Of a DNA stretch of 64,000 nt, positions 1 to 10,172 are shown piece by piece. Under the pieces are notes generated by a model. The model was not told the origin of the DNA. It saw nothing but the letters and a program-made list of their open reading frames with translations, and ran no database searches. Origin of the DNA: Vicinamibacteria bacterium (GTDB taxonomy: Bacteria > Acidobacteriota > Vicinamibacteria > Marinacidobacterales > Marinacidobacteraceae); contig CAXXLQ010000004.1 in assembly GCA_963668695.2 (NCBI GenBank), forward strand, positions 224,001 through 288,000, read 5' to 3'. The number at the start of each line of letters is the position of its first letter. The first letter of the stretch is position 1. The position numbers were made by a program, and so were the translations under genes.

Positions 1-119
1 AGATGCGGGCCATGATGTGGATCATGGGGGTGATCGGGGGAGTCACCGTCCTCTCTCTGCTGGGAGGCGTGCTTGTTCCGGCGGTTGCCCGCCTGGTCAC
101 GCCTCTCGCTGGCGGCTGA
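1..119 (+). CDS. 3' end of a small membrane-tailed hypothetical protein (probably partial at the window edge)
   Basis: Frame from 3 reads MRAMMWIMGVIGGVTVLSLLGGVLVPAVARLVTPLAGG* (TGA 117-119); hydrophobic TM-like stretch; converges on the amidohydrolase. Confidence 0.45.
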   Translation, partial: MRAMMWIMGVIGGVTVLSLLGGVLVPAVARLVTPLAGG

Positions 120-186
120 CCCTCTCACCACCTCGGATCCGGCACTGGAGCGCCCGAGTCGCACCTCGGGCGCACGGGCCCGACCG

Positions 187-1788
187 TCAGTTCTGCGGCT
201 CTTCCGCCTCCGGGCGGACCGTGGGGTACTCGATGCCCAACTGCTCGAGATAGCTGTCGTAGTTGTCCGGGTCGTAGTAAAGGGGCCGCATCGCTTCCCG
301 GAACGAGTCCATCCGGTCCTCGTTCAGGTGAATCCCGGGAGGATCGTCGGGGCCGATCAGCGGGGTGTACTGGTGCTCGGCCGTCTGCTCAGCGAAGTAC
401 TCCTTCGCCGCCGGGACGAGTTCGGGATCGAGCAAGAGATCCATGAGGGTCATGGCAATCACCCGCGCCCCGGCGGACGCTCCCTTGTGAGCAATTGGAG
501 TCGCCATCGCCACCGCGTTCGCCCAGTGGTGCCCCGGGCCGCCCGGAATGTTCGACGGGAAGCGCAGGGTCACCGTCGGAACGGCCCAGGAAATGTCGCC
601 GATGTCGTCGGAGCCGCCTCCGAGACGCGGTTCCTGTACGGGGCCGCCCATCTCGCCGAGTTCGGTTGCGAGGCCCTGTTCCTCGACTCCGAGTTCGCGC
701 TGGAGCCCCTTGGCGAGCGCCTGATCGGCCTCGCTCCACTCCGGAAGCCCCACCCGCTCGACGTTCGCCCAGGCCGCTTCGGCGACCGGCTTGTTGAAGT
801 GGCGCGGGTACGCGTGCCCCAGAATGCGCCAGGACACGTCGGTCGACGTCATCGCGGCGGCGGACTGCGCCATCGTGTTACCGAGATCGAAGAGCTCCTT
901 CATCCCGGGCTGTTCGAGTTCGCGGAAGTAGTACCAGACCGACGCGAGCTGGGGCACCACGTTCGGCTGGTCGCCCCCGTTCGTGATCACGTAGTGCGAA
1001 CGATGCGGCAGGCGTAGATGCTCGCGCTTGACGTTCCACGCCATGTTCATGATCTCCACCGCGTCGAGCGCGCTTCGGCCCCGCCACGGCGCTCCCGCGG
1101 AGTGCGCCGATTCGCCCCGGAAGGTGTATTCGACCGACACCAGGCCATTGCCCCTGCCCTGTCCCCAGCTCACCCCGAACCGGTTGGAGACATGGGTGAA
1201 GATGCAGATGTCCACATCCTCGAAATAGCCGTCCCGGATGAACCAGGCCTTGGTGCCCACGAGTTCTTCTGCCACTCCGGGCCAGATGACGATCGTCCCG
1301 GAAATGCCTTCCCGCTCCATGACTTCCTTGGCGGCAAGCGCTCCCACGACGATCACGGCCTGCCCCGAGTTGTGCCCCTCGCCGTGGCCCGGGGCGCCGT
1401 CCACCAGGGGATCGTGATACGCCACCCCGGGCTTTTGGGACGCCTTCGGAATCCCGTCGATGTCGCTGCCGAGCGCGATCACCGGTGAGCCGGACCCCCA
1501 CCGCGCCATCCAGGCGGTGGGGATGCCGGCGATCCCCTCCTCCACCTCGAACCCGTTCTCCCGCAGGATGTCCGTGATGTAACGGGAGGTCTCGAACTCC
1601 TGGAAGCCCAGTTCGCCGAAGCTGAAGATGGAATCCACCATCACCTGGACCAGCTTGGCCCGCTCGGCGGCGCCCTGATCGGCGACCGGACGCAGGGTTT
1701 CGAGATCCTGGGCCGCGAGCGGCGCGGCGAGCAGGAGAGCGAGAAGGGCGGCCGGCAGGGACCGCAAGAGCTGTGACAGTGCGCGCAT
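187..1788 (-). CDS. Secreted M20-family amidohydrolase (AbgB-like), copy 1
   Basis: ELGFQE, GHGEGHN, AEE, SAHSAGAPWRGRSALDAVE and GSDDIGD motifs; signal peptide ending LAA-Q; start set at ATG 1788 by alignment with copy 2. Confidence 0.88.
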   Translation of the reverse strand: MRALSQLLRSLPAALLALLLAAPLAAQDLETLRPVADQGAAERAKLVQVMVDSIFSFGELGFQEFETSRYITDILRENGFEVEEGIAGIPTAWMARWGSGSPVIALGSDIDGIPKASQKPGVAYHDPLVDGAPGHGEGHNSGQAVIVVGALAAKEVMEREGISGTIVIWPGVAEELVGTKAWFIRDGYFEDVDICIFTHVSNRFGVSWGQGRGNGLVSVEYTFRGESAHSAGAPWRGRSALDAVEIMNMAWNVKREHLRLPHRSHYVITNGGDQPNVVPQLASVWYYFRELEQPGMKELFDLGNTMAQSAAAMTSTDVSWRILGHAYPRHFNKPVAEAAWANVERVGLPEWSEADQALAKGLQRELGVEEQGLATELGEMGGPVQEPRLGGGSDDIGDISWAVPTVTLRFPSNIPGGPGHHWANAVAMATPIAHKGASAGARVIAMTLMDLLLDPELVPAAKEYFAEQTAEHQYTPLIGPDDPPGIHLNEDRMDSFREAMRPLYYDPDNYDSYLEQLGIEYPTVRPEAEEPQN

Positions 1789-1918
1789 CGGGAGCAACCT
1801 CATTCTTCGCCGGCGCTCCCCATCCCGAGGAGCGCCGGGCGCACGATTCTAGTGGCCCGCGGGTGGTCTCCTGACCGCCGTTTTAGGGCCGCCTTAGGGC
1901 CGCCAAGCGCGACTTCCG

Positions 1919-3511
1919 TCAGTTCTCCGGGTTTTCCCGAACCGTCGGGTACTCGATACCGAGCTGTTCCAGGTAGCTGTCGTAGCGATCCGGGTCGTAG
2001 TAGAACGGCCGCATCGCCTCCCGGAAAGAGTTCATCCGATCCTTGTTCAGGTGAATCGCCGGAGGATCGTCCGGGCCGATCAGCGGGGTGTACTGGTGTT
2101 CCGCAGTCTGCTCGGCAAAGTACTCCTTGGCTGCCGTCACCAGCGACGGATCGAGGAGCAGGTCCATCAGCGTCATCGCGATGACCCGGGCGCCGGCGAG
2201 CACTCCCTTGTGCGCGATCGGGGTCGCCATCGCCACGGCGTTCGCCCAGTGGTGACCCGGGCCGCCCGGGATGTTCGACGGGTAGCCCAGGGTCACGGTC
2301 GGGACATTCCAGGAGATGTCGCCGATGTCGTCGGAGCCGCCGCCGAGCCGTGGCTCACGCGCCGGACCGCGTATCTCGCCGAGTTCGGTCGCGAGGCCCC
2401 GCTCCTCGACTCCCAACTCGCGTTGGAGGCCGTTGGCGAGCGCCTGGTCCGCGTCGCTCCACTCGGGAAGCCCCACTCGCTCGATGTTCGCCCACACCGC
2501 CTCGGCCACCGGTTTGTTGAAGTGGCGCGGATAGGCATGGCCCAGGATGCTCCATGAGGCCTCGGTGGAGGTCATCGCCGCCGCGGCATTGGCCATCGTG
2601 TTTCCGAGATCGAAGAGTTCCTTGATGTGGGGCTGGTCGAGTTCGCGGAAGAAGTACCAGACCGACGCGAGCTGCGGCACCACGTTCGGCTGGTCGCCAC
2701 CGTTCGTGATCACGTAGTGCGAGCGGTGCGGAAGGCGCAGGTGCTCGCGCTTGATGTTCCAGGCGGCGTTCATGATTTCGACGGCGTCAAGCGCGCTCCG
2801 GCCCCGCCAGGGCGCCCCCGCCGAGTGCGCCGACTCGCCCACGAACGTGTATTCCACCGACACCAGGCCGCTGCCGCCGCCCTGTCCCCAACTCACCCCG
2901 AACCGGGAGGAGACGTGGGTGAAGATGTTGATGTCCACGTCGTTGAAATAGCCGTCCCGGATGAACCAGGCCTTCGTGGCCAGCAGCTCCTCAGCCACCC
3001 CCGGCCAGATCACCAGAGTTCCGGGGATGCCCTCGCGTTCCATGATCTCCTTGGCCGCGAGCGCTCCCACGACGATCACGGCCTGCCCCGAGTTGTGGCC
3101 TTCGCCATGGCCCGGGGCGCCCTCGACCAGGGGATCGTGATACGCCACCCCGGGCTTCTGGGACGCCTTCGGAATGCCGTCGATGTCGCTGCCGAGCGCG
3201 ATGACGGGCGAACCCGACCCCCAGCGCGCCATCCAGGCGGAGGGGATGCCGGCGATCCCCTCCTCGATCTCGAACCCGTTCTCCCGCAGGATGTCGGTGA
3301 TGTAGCGCGAGGTCTCGAATTCCTGAAAGCCGAGTTCCCCGAAGCTGAAGATGGAGTCCACCATCACCTGGACCAGCTTGGCCCGCTCAGCAGCGCCCTG
3401 GTCGGCGACCGGCCGCAGGGTTTCAAGATCCTGCGCCGCGAGGGGCGCGGCGAGCAACACGGCGAGAAGGACGACCGGCAGGGACCGCAAGAGCTTGGTC
3501 AGGGTGCGCAT
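1919..3511 (-). CDS. Secreted M20-family amidohydrolase (AbgB-like), copy 2
   Basis: Same motifs as copy 1, colinear and highly similar; start MRTLTKLL at 3511 after GAGG. Confidence 0.88.
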   Translation of the reverse strand: MRTLTKLLRSLPVVLLAVLLAAPLAAQDLETLRPVADQGAAERAKLVQVMVDSIFSFGELGFQEFETSRYITDILRENGFEIEEGIAGIPSAWMARWGSGSPVIALGSDIDGIPKASQKPGVAYHDPLVEGAPGHGEGHNSGQAVIVVGALAAKEIMEREGIPGTLVIWPGVAEELLATKAWFIRDGYFNDVDINIFTHVSSRFGVSWGQGGGSGLVSVEYTFVGESAHSAGAPWRGRSALDAVEIMNAAWNIKREHLRLPHRSHYVITNGGDQPNVVPQLASVWYFFRELDQPHIKELFDLGNTMANAAAAMTSTEASWSILGHAYPRHFNKPVAEAVWANIERVGLPEWSDADQALANGLQRELGVEERGLATELGEIRGPAREPRLGGGSDDIGDISWNVPTVTLGYPSNIPGGPGHHWANAVAMATPIAHKGVLAGARVIAMTLMDLLLDPSLVTAAKEYFAEQTAEHQYTPLIGPDDPPAIHLNKDRMNSFREAMRPFYYDPDRYDSYLEQLGIEYPTVRENPEN

Positions 3512-3699
3512 GGAGGAACCTCTTTCGCGGCGGCGCGGCCCATCTCCGGCGCGCCGGGTGCGCGATTCTACCGGTGGGGGAGACGAATTCCGGTGATGAG
3601 GCACGCATTCACCCAGCGTTTCGCCCACCTCGGGTGGATGATGCGGCCGGAGGCTGGCCGGCTGCTAAGCTGCCGCCGCCAGGTGGCTACGGCGCCGCT

Positions 3700-3784
3700 G
3701 CGAAAGTGGCGGAACTGGCAGACGCGCTGGATTTAGGATCCAGTGGGGTAACCCGTGGGGGTTCGAGTCCCCCCTTTCGCACCA
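3700..3784 (+). tRNA. tRNA-Leu(TAG)
   Basis: GCGAAAG acceptor stem pairs with CTTTCGC, anticodon arm CTGGA-TTTAGGA-TCCAG, long variable arm, GGTTCGAGTCC T-loop, encoded ACCA. Confidence 0.96.
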
Positions 3785-3823
3785 GCGCGCCCCTCCCCAC
3801 CACCGAGTCTGAGTAGCGAGTTC

Positions 3824-5227
3824 GTGGACAACAGCACCCCTTTGGAACCCGAGAACGAACCCGCGGACCCGGGCGCTGCCGGCGCGTCCCCCCGCCCGCC
3901 CTTCCCGAAGAAGGACCGCATTCCGGACCTCGCCTTCCGGCTGACCGAAGAAGGCCAATCCCGCCGCGCGATCGAAGTGACAATTCCGGCTTCGGTCTTC
4001 GAGGAAGCGGTCCAGCAGGAACTGCGGCGTATTCGGCAGCGGGCTCATCTACGAGGCTTCCGCAAGGGGAAGGCGCCCAAGGAGCGAATCGAACTCCTGT
4101 ACGGGAGCGAGGCCACCGAAGAGGCCATGAGCCGCCTGCTCGCCCGGGCCACGCAGCAGAGTCTGCACGAGCTCGATGTCCATCCGCTGGATGTTCCGAA
4201 GGCAACCCCCGAGGAAGCGACGCGCGGCAAACCGCTTACCGCGCGGCTCCGCTTCAGCGTCTGGCCGGACATCGGAACGGTCGATTTCGAGGGAATCAAG
4301 GTCACCACCCGGGAACACTCGGTGACGGAATCCGACATCGGCGAGACTCTGGAACATCTGCGGATGGAGCGGGCGCAGCCGGGGCCGATCGAGGGGCGGG
4401 GCCTCCAGGACGGCGATTCCGTGATGGGTGATCTCCAGGAATCCGACCTTGTCGAGACGGATCGGCGGGCTACTCCACGCGTCACGAAGGATCTGCCCTT
4501 GCGGGTGGGGAGCGAGACCTATCACCCCGCACTCCACGAGGCCCTCCAGGGCGCCTCTGAAGGAGACACGGTGGTGGCAACGACCAGCTTCGGAAACGAG
4601 TCCCCCGATCCCGAACGGGCCGGGCGAACGATCCGGGCCGCCTTCACGGTCAAACAGGCACGGACTCCGGTGCTCCCCGCTCTCGACGATTCCTTCGCGC
4701 GGGAAGTCGGGGCGGCGTCGCTGCTGGCCCTTCGCGGCGACATCCGGGACCGGCTGCGGAAGCGGGCAGACCAGAGCGCACGGCGGGACGTCGCGGAGCA
4801 ACTCGTCGGAGCACTGCGCGAAAAGAACCCGGTGGAACCTCCGGAGCCGCTCGTCGAGAGGGATCTGGACAACCGCGTGAAACTGCTCGCAAACAGCATG
4901 ATCCAGGGTGGGATGCCCACCGAACAAGTGCGTTCCGAACTCGAAAAGCACCTCGACACGTTGCGCTCCGAGTGCGAAAAGACGGTCGCTTCAACGATCC
5001 TGGTGGACTCCTTGGCTAATCAACAAGGGATCGAGACGACGGAGGAGGCTCTCGAGGAGCGACTCGCAGAGGAAGCCTCAGCCTCCGGCAAGACCCCGGC
5101 TGCGCTTCGGGCCGCCATGGAAAAGGACGGCCAGCTGGAACGGATTCGCACCCAACTCCGCCGGGACGCCGCAATCGATTTCCTGCGAGAACACGCAGAG
5201 CTGACCCCGTCCCAGGAACAGGAATAG
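3824..5227 (+). CDS. tig: Trigger factor
   Basis: GFRKGKAP ribosome-binding motif; tRNA-Leu-tig-clpP synteny; start uncertain (GTG 3824 chosen because the longer ORF overlaps the tRNA). Confidence 0.88.
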   Translation: MDNSTPLEPENEPADPGAAGASPRPPFPKKDRIPDLAFRLTEEGQSRRAIEVTIPASVFEEAVQQELRRIRQRAHLRGFRKGKAPKERIELLYGSEATEEAMSRLLARATQQSLHELDVHPLDVPKATPEEATRGKPLTARLRFSVWPDIGTVDFEGIKVTTREHSVTESDIGETLEHLRMERAQPGPIEGRGLQDGDSVMGDLQESDLVETDRRATPRVTKDLPLRVGSETYHPALHEALQGASEGDTVVATTSFGNESPDPERAGRTIRAAFTVKQARTPVLPALDDSFAREVGAASLLALRGDIRDRLRKRADQSARRDVAEQLVGALREKNPVEPPEPLVERDLDNRVKLLANSMIQGGMPTEQVRSELEKHLDTLRSECEKTVASTILVDSLANQQGIETTEEALEERLAEEASASGKTPAALRAAMEKDGQLERIRTQLRRDAAIDFLREHAELTPSQEQE

Positions 5228-5318
5228 GGGAGGATCAAGGGCGACGATTCCTGACCAAGCGAAGTCGTATGCTGACCGAAGCCTCCAGAACCCAGAATTA
5301 CCACGAGGGACGAACACC

Positions 5319-5912
5319 GTGATTCGAGACCAGATTCTCATTCCGCACGTAATCGAGCAGACCGGGCGTGGGGAACGCGCCTACGACATCTATTCCCGAC
5401 TGCTCAAGGACAACATCGTCTTTATCGGGCAAGAGATCAGCGATGGGCTCGCGAACACCGTGGTCGCCCAACTCCTGTTCCTGGAATCCGAAGACCCGGA
5501 AAAAGAAGTCTCGCTCTATATCAACTGCCCGGGTGGCTCCGTGAGCGCCGGCCTCGCGATCTACGACACACTGCAGTTCATTCGACCGGACGTGACCACC
5601 TATTGCCTGGGTCAGGCGTCCAGCATGGGAGCGATCCTGCTCGCCGCCGGGGCCCACGGAAAGCGATTCGCACTCCCGAACGCCACCGTCATGATCCACC
5701 AGCCACTCGGCGGCGCCCGGGGTCAAGCGACCGACATCCAGATCCAGGCCAACGAGATCATGCGGGTCCGCGCGCGCCTCACCGAAATCCTCGCCCACCA
5801 CACCGGCCGTTCGTCGGAAGAGATCGCGCGCGACATCGAACGGGACCGCTACATGACCGCGGAGGAAGCGAAGGCCTACGGGATCGTGGACTCCGTCATC
5901 GAGCACCGCTAG
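5319..5912 (+). CDS. clpP: ATP-dependent Clp protease proteolytic subunit
   Basis: [24 protein letters not shown] (catalytic Ser), MIHQP, ERDRYM. Confidence 0.97.
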   Translation: MIRDQILIPHVIEQTGRGERAYDIYSRLLKDNIVFIGQEISDGLANTVVAQLLFLESEDPEKEVSLYINCPGGSVSAGLAIYDTLQFIRPDVTTYCLGQASSMGAILLAAGAHGKRFALPNATVMIHQPLGGARGQATDIQIQANEIMRVRARLTEILAHHTGRSSEEIARDIERDRYMTAEEAKAYGIVDSVIEHR

Positions 5913-6074
5913 CAGCGGCGGACTCGCTCGCCGGATGAATTCGGCACGGTCGCGGCTCGGCGGGAAGACCCGCCGGGTGGGGCCGCGGCCGCTTGCATCC
6001 TGACCCCAAAACGGGCACACTGGCTCGTCACACCGGCGCTGCTTCTGCGCCCGGATTCCGTCTGCGAATCGCCC

Positions 6075-8714
6075 ATGAAATCACAAACTGCCGTTAACAG
6101 CCTGTGGTGGAACCCGGGTGAGTGCCGAGAGCGGCGAGGCGCCCGGCTGACAAGGCGCGTGAGGGAGGAATACCGGGTGTATTTCGACCGAAACGCAACG
6201 CAGAACGGAGCGGAGCGGAGTGGTTCAGCCGGGATGGATCGCCGCTCGAGCCCCCACCGGGAGAACTGGGCCGCCTGGGTTTCACCACAGGCTGTTAAGA
6301 CGGGGCTCTCGCTCCTGCTCTTGGTGGCGGGCGCCGCTTTCGGGGCGGCGGCCGCGGGTTCTGCCGCTATCGCAGAGCCCCCGCGCGTGGCGGAAACCAC
6401 ACCATCCGACGCCGCGGCGAACCGCGTCGTGCGCAGCACCTGCGTCATGTGCCACAACGATCGGCTCCGGACCGGCAACCTGTCGCTCCAGGAGTTCGAC
6501 GTGACGAACGCGGCCGAGCACGCCGACGTCGCCGAGGAGATGGTCCGGAAGCTGCGGGCCGGCATGATGCCGCCGCCCGGCGCGCGCCGGACGGGCAGCG
6601 AGGCGCTCCTGACGCTGGTCGAGACCCTGGAACACCGTCTCGATGAGGCCGCCGCCCTGGCCCCCGACCCGGGCAACCGGCCCTTCCAGCGCCTCAACCG
6701 CTCGGAATACGAGAAGGCGATTCGCGACCTGCTCGGGCTCGAGGTGGACGCCGGAAACTGGCTGCCGCTCGATCCGGTGAGCCACAACTTCGACAACATC
6801 GCCGAGGCCCAGACACTTTCGGCCACGCTGCTCGAGGCCTACCTGAATGCGGCCAGCTCCATCAGCCGCCTCGCGGTCGGCCAGCGAAGCGGGAAGGCGG
6901 TGGATTCAACCTACACCAACTCGCAGTACCTGTCGCAGCATCCGTGGGACCATGTCGAGGGCGCTCCGTACGGCACCCGGGGCGGGCTGGTCGTGAACCA
7001 TGTGTTCCCGGCCGATGCCGAGTACACCTTCGGGGTGACGTTCACCTCCGGGGACAACACCCGCATCGAGGACATCGACGTCTCGATCGATGGTGAGCGG
7101 GTCGCGCTGCTGGCCTACGACACCAACCGCGTGACCGGTGCTGACGGTCGGGGAAGCGTGATCACCCTGACCCCGCGCGTCTCCGTCCGGGCCGGAGCGC
7201 GGCGCATCGCAGCCGCTTTCATCCGGCACCAGGATGGGCCCTACGAGGATCTGATCCGCCCCCACGACTGGTCGTACGCCGGAGGCGGCTCGGGCGGCGC
7301 GGGCATCACAACGCTCCCGCACGTCCGCGACGTCATCATTACCGGCCCCTACAACGCGACCGGCCTGTCGGATACGGCCAGCCGGCACCGCATCTTCACC
7401 TGCCGTCCGACCGCTGCCGACGAGGCGCGGCCCTGCGCCAGCCGGATTCTCGCCCGGCTGGGCCGCGAAGCCTACCGGCGGACCCTCGACGACCGCGAGG
7501 TCGAAGACCTGCTCGCTTTCTTCGAAGAGGGCGCCGACGACGGCGGCTTCGAGGTTGGAGTGCGAACGGCGCTCGAGGCGATGCTCGCGAGCCCGCATTT
7601 CGTGCTGCGGCTGGAACGGGAACCGCTGGACGCCCCGGAGCGGGGCTACCGGTTGAGTGACGTGGACATCGCCTCGCGGCTCTCGTTCTTCCTGTGGGGG
7701 ACGCCCCCGGATGACGAGCTCCAAGTGCTCGCGGACGAGGGCCTGTTGACGCCAGAGGAACTGGATCGGCAGGCGCTGCGCATGCTCGCCGATCCGCGCG
7801 CCGCGGCGCTCGGCCCCCGCTTCGCCGCGCAGTGGTTCCGGCTACAGGACATGGACAAGGTCCGGCCCGACCCGAACTTCTTCCCCAATTTCGACGAAAA
7901 CCTGGCGGAGGCGATGCGGAGCGAGACCGAGTTGTTCTTCGCCAACCTGGTCCAGGAAGACCGGAGCCTGTTTGACCTCTTCCAGGCCGACTACACGTTC
8001 GTCAACGAGCGGCTCGCGCGCCACTACGGCCTTCCGGGAGTGGCCGGACGGCACTTCCGGCGCGTCCGCTACCCCGACGATACCCGCCGCGGGATCCTCG
8101 GCCACGGCAGCGTGCTGGTGCTTACCTCGCTCGCCAACCGCACCTCACCGGTGCTGCGCGGCAAGTGGGTGATGGAGGTGCTGCTCGGCACTCCGCCGCC
8201 CCCACCGCCGCCCGACATCCCCGCGCTCGAGGACATCGAAGAAGTGAACGAGGGCCGGCGGCTCACCACCCGCGAGCGGATGGAGATGCACGCCGCCAAC
8301 CCGAGTTGCAACTCCTGTCACCGGCTGATCGATCCGATCGGGCTCGCCCTCGACAACTTCGACGTGACAGGCAAATGGCGCCTACGCGAGAACGGCGGCC
8401 CACTGGATACGCTCGGCGACTTTTACGACGGCACGCCGGTTTCCTCGCCAAGCGAGTTGGTGGACGCCCTGCTGGTGCGGCCCATTCCGCTGGCGCGCAC
8501 TTTCACGGAAAACCTGTTGGCCTTCGCGGTCGGCCGGCCGATCGAAGCGTTTGATCAGCCGACCATCCGCAACATCGTTCGAGAGGCCGAGGCGAACGAT
8601 TCCCGCATGGCGTCGTTCATCATGGGCGTCGTCCGAAGCGACGCCTTCCAGCGCAAACGGTCGACCGAACGCGCAAGCCAGACAACAGCAGCACCAGAGA
8701 GCAGCAGCAACTGA
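6075..8714 (+). CDS. DUF1592/DUF1588-type (PSD/PSCyt) c-type heme protein carrying a 67-codon in-frame repeat insertion near the N-terminus
   Basis: CVMCH and CNSCH heme motifs, RLNRSEY, ASRLSFFLW, RTSPVLRGKW, PPPPP, G.ALDNFD; followed by DUF1552 gene. Confidence 0.85.
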   Translation: MKSQTAVNSLWWNPGECRERRGARLTRRVREEYRVYFDRNATQNGAERSGSAGMDRRSSPHRENWAAWVSPQAVKTGLSLLLLVAGAAFGAAAAGSAAIAEPPRVAETTPSDAAANRVVRSTCVMCHNDRLRTGNLSLQEFDVTNAAEHADVAEEMVRKLRAGMMPPPGARRTGSEALLTLVETLEHRLDEAAALAPDPGNRPFQRLNRSEYEKAIRDLLGLEVDAGNWLPLDPVSHNFDNIAEAQTLSATLLEAYLNAASSISRLAVGQRSGKAVDSTYTNSQYLSQHPWDHVEGAPYGTRGGLVVNHVFPADAEYTFGVTFTSGDNTRIEDIDVSIDGERVALLAYDTNRVTGADGRGSVITLTPRVSVRAGARRIAAAFIRHQDGPYEDLIRPHDWSYAGGGSGGAGITTLPHVRDVIITGPYNATGLSDTASRHRIFTCRPTAADEARPCASRILARLGREAYRRTLDDREVEDLLAFFEEGADDGGFEVGVRTALEAMLASPHFVLRLEREPLDAPERGYRLSDVDIASRLSFFLWGTPPDDELQVLADEGLLTPEELDRQALRMLADPRAAALGPRFAAQWFRLQDMDKVRPDPNFFPNFDENLAEAMRSETELFFANLVQEDRSLFDLFQADYTFVNERLARHYGLPGVAGRHFRRVRYPDDTRRGILGHGSVLVLTSLANRTSPVLRGKWVMEVLLGTPPPPPPPDIPALEDIEEVNEGRRLTTRERMEMHAANPSCNSCHRLIDPIGLALDNFDVTGKWRLRENGGPLDTLGDFYDGTPVSSPSELVDALLVRPIPLARTFTENLLAFAVGRPIEAFDQPTIRNIVREAEANDSRMASFIMGVVRSDAFQRKRSTERASQTTAAPESSSN
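6098..6294. mobile_element. MITE-like element, type A, in frame inside the DUF1592 gene
   Basis: TIRs CAGCCTGTGGTGGAACCC / GGGTTTCACCACAGGCTG flanked by TTAA at 6094 and 6295. Confidence 0.88.
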
Positions 8715-8724
8715 GGAGTAGATC

Positions 8725-10140
8725 ATGTCCCTGATTACCGGAAAGCACCTGCCCCGCCGGACCTTCCTGCGTGGCGTGGGGGCCTCTGTCGCCCTCCCGT
8801 TCCTGGATGCAATGGCGCCGGCCGGCCGCTCGGGCCGCAACGTCGCGTCAGCGGCGGAGGCCAAGGACGTGACCCGCCTCGTCTGCATCGAGGAGGTGCA
8901 CGGGCTGCCCGGCTGCAACAAGTGGGGCGCCAGCCGTCACCTGTTCGCGCCGGCCACGGAGGGTCGCGACTTCGAGCTGCTACCCGAGAACGCCTTGAAG
9001 CCTCTGGAGCCGTTCCAGGACTACCTGACGATCGTCAGCAACACCGATGTCAGGATGGCCGAGGCGTTCACCGGGCCGGAGATCGGCGGGGACCACTTCC
9101 GGTCCTCCGCAGTCTTCCTGACCCAGTCCCACCCGAAGCAGACACAGGGTTCCGACATCTGGTGCGGCACTTCGCTCGACCAGCTCTACGCGCAGCGGTT
9201 TGGCCAGGCCACGCCGATGCCGTCGCTACAGCTCTGCATCGAGAACCTGGATCAGGCCGGCGGCTGCACCTACAACTACTCCTGCGCCTATACCGACTCG
9301 ATCAGCTGGGCGTCGCCGAACGACCCCCTGCCGATGATCCGCGACCCGCGCATTGCCTTCGAGATGCTCTTCGGGGCGGGCAGCAGTCCGGAGGAGCGCG
9401 CCGAGCGCCGGGCTACCCGCCGCAGCATCCTCGACTGGATCCTCAGCGACGTGGCCGAGGTCCGAAACGAACTCGGCAATCTGGACCGCCTCCGGATGGA
9501 TCGCTATCTCGACCACGTCCGCGAGGTCGAACGGCGCATCCAGATGGTCGAGGGCCACAACGAGAGCGGGGAGGCGCGGGATCTGCCTGACGCCCCACCC
9601 GGCGTGCCGGACTCGTTCTCCGAGCACATGCGGCTCATGTTCGATCTCCAGGTACTGGCGCTGGAGACCGATATGACCCGGGTGGTCGCGTTCAAGACGG
9701 GGCGCGATGCCCAGAACCGCTCGTTCCCGGACAGCGGCACGAACTCACCCTTCCATCCCGCCTCGCACCACGGAAACAACGAAGAGCGGATCATGGACTT
9801 CAATTCGATCTGCCAGTACCGCGTGGGCCAGCTCCCCTACTTCCTCGAGCAGCTCAAGAACACCACGGAAGGCGGCGTCTCCCTGCTCGACAAGACCGCG
9901 ATCATCTGGGGCTCGCCGATGGCCGACTCCAACATCCACAACCACCGGCGCGCGCCGCTGATCTTCTTGGGCCGGGCCAACGGGCATCTCACCGGAAACC
10001 TTCACGTGAAGGCGCCGGACGAGACGCCGATGGCCAACGCGATGCTCGCGCTTATGCAGTCGCTGGGCCTCGAGACGGATTCCTTCGGCGACAGCAACGG
10101 CATCCTTCCGGTGTCGGCGTCGCCGCTGGACACCGATTAG
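8725..10140 (+). CDS. DUF1552 (HXXSHH) domain protein
   Basis: LPRRTFLRG Tat-like N-terminus, YSCAY, HPASHH motif; typical partner of DUF1592 proteins; RBS GAGGAG. Confidence 0.88.
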   Translation: MSLITGKHLPRRTFLRGVGASVALPFLDAMAPAGRSGRNVASAAEAKDVTRLVCIEEVHGLPGCNKWGASRHLFAPATEGRDFELLPENALKPLEPFQDYLTIVSNTDVRMAEAFTGPEIGGDHFRSSAVFLTQSHPKQTQGSDIWCGTSLDQLYAQRFGQATPMPSLQLCIENLDQAGGCTYNYSCAYTDSISWASPNDPLPMIRDPRIAFEMLFGAGSSPEERAERRATRRSILDWILSDVAEVRNELGNLDRLRMDRYLDHVREVERRIQMVEGHNESGEARDLPDAPPGVPDSFSEHMRLMFDLQVLALETDMTRVVAFKTGRDAQNRSFPDSGTNSPFHPASHHGNNEERIMDFNSICQYRVGQLPYFLEQLKNTTEGGVSLLDKTAIIWGSPMADSNIHNHRRAPLIFLGRANGHLTGNLHVKAPDETPMANAMLALMQSLGLETDSFGDSNGILPVSASPLDTD

Positions 10141-10172
10141 CCGTCCGGGGCTCGCGGACAGGGGGAAAACCA

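Noticed and set aside
3700-3830. Integrated element at tRNA-Leu
   Set aside because: No integrase and no duplicated tRNA 3' end seen; tig follows directly
5910-6074. Another element after the clpP stop (CTAGCAGCGG)
   Set aside because: Only about 4 bases match the TIR; no matching right end or internal modules
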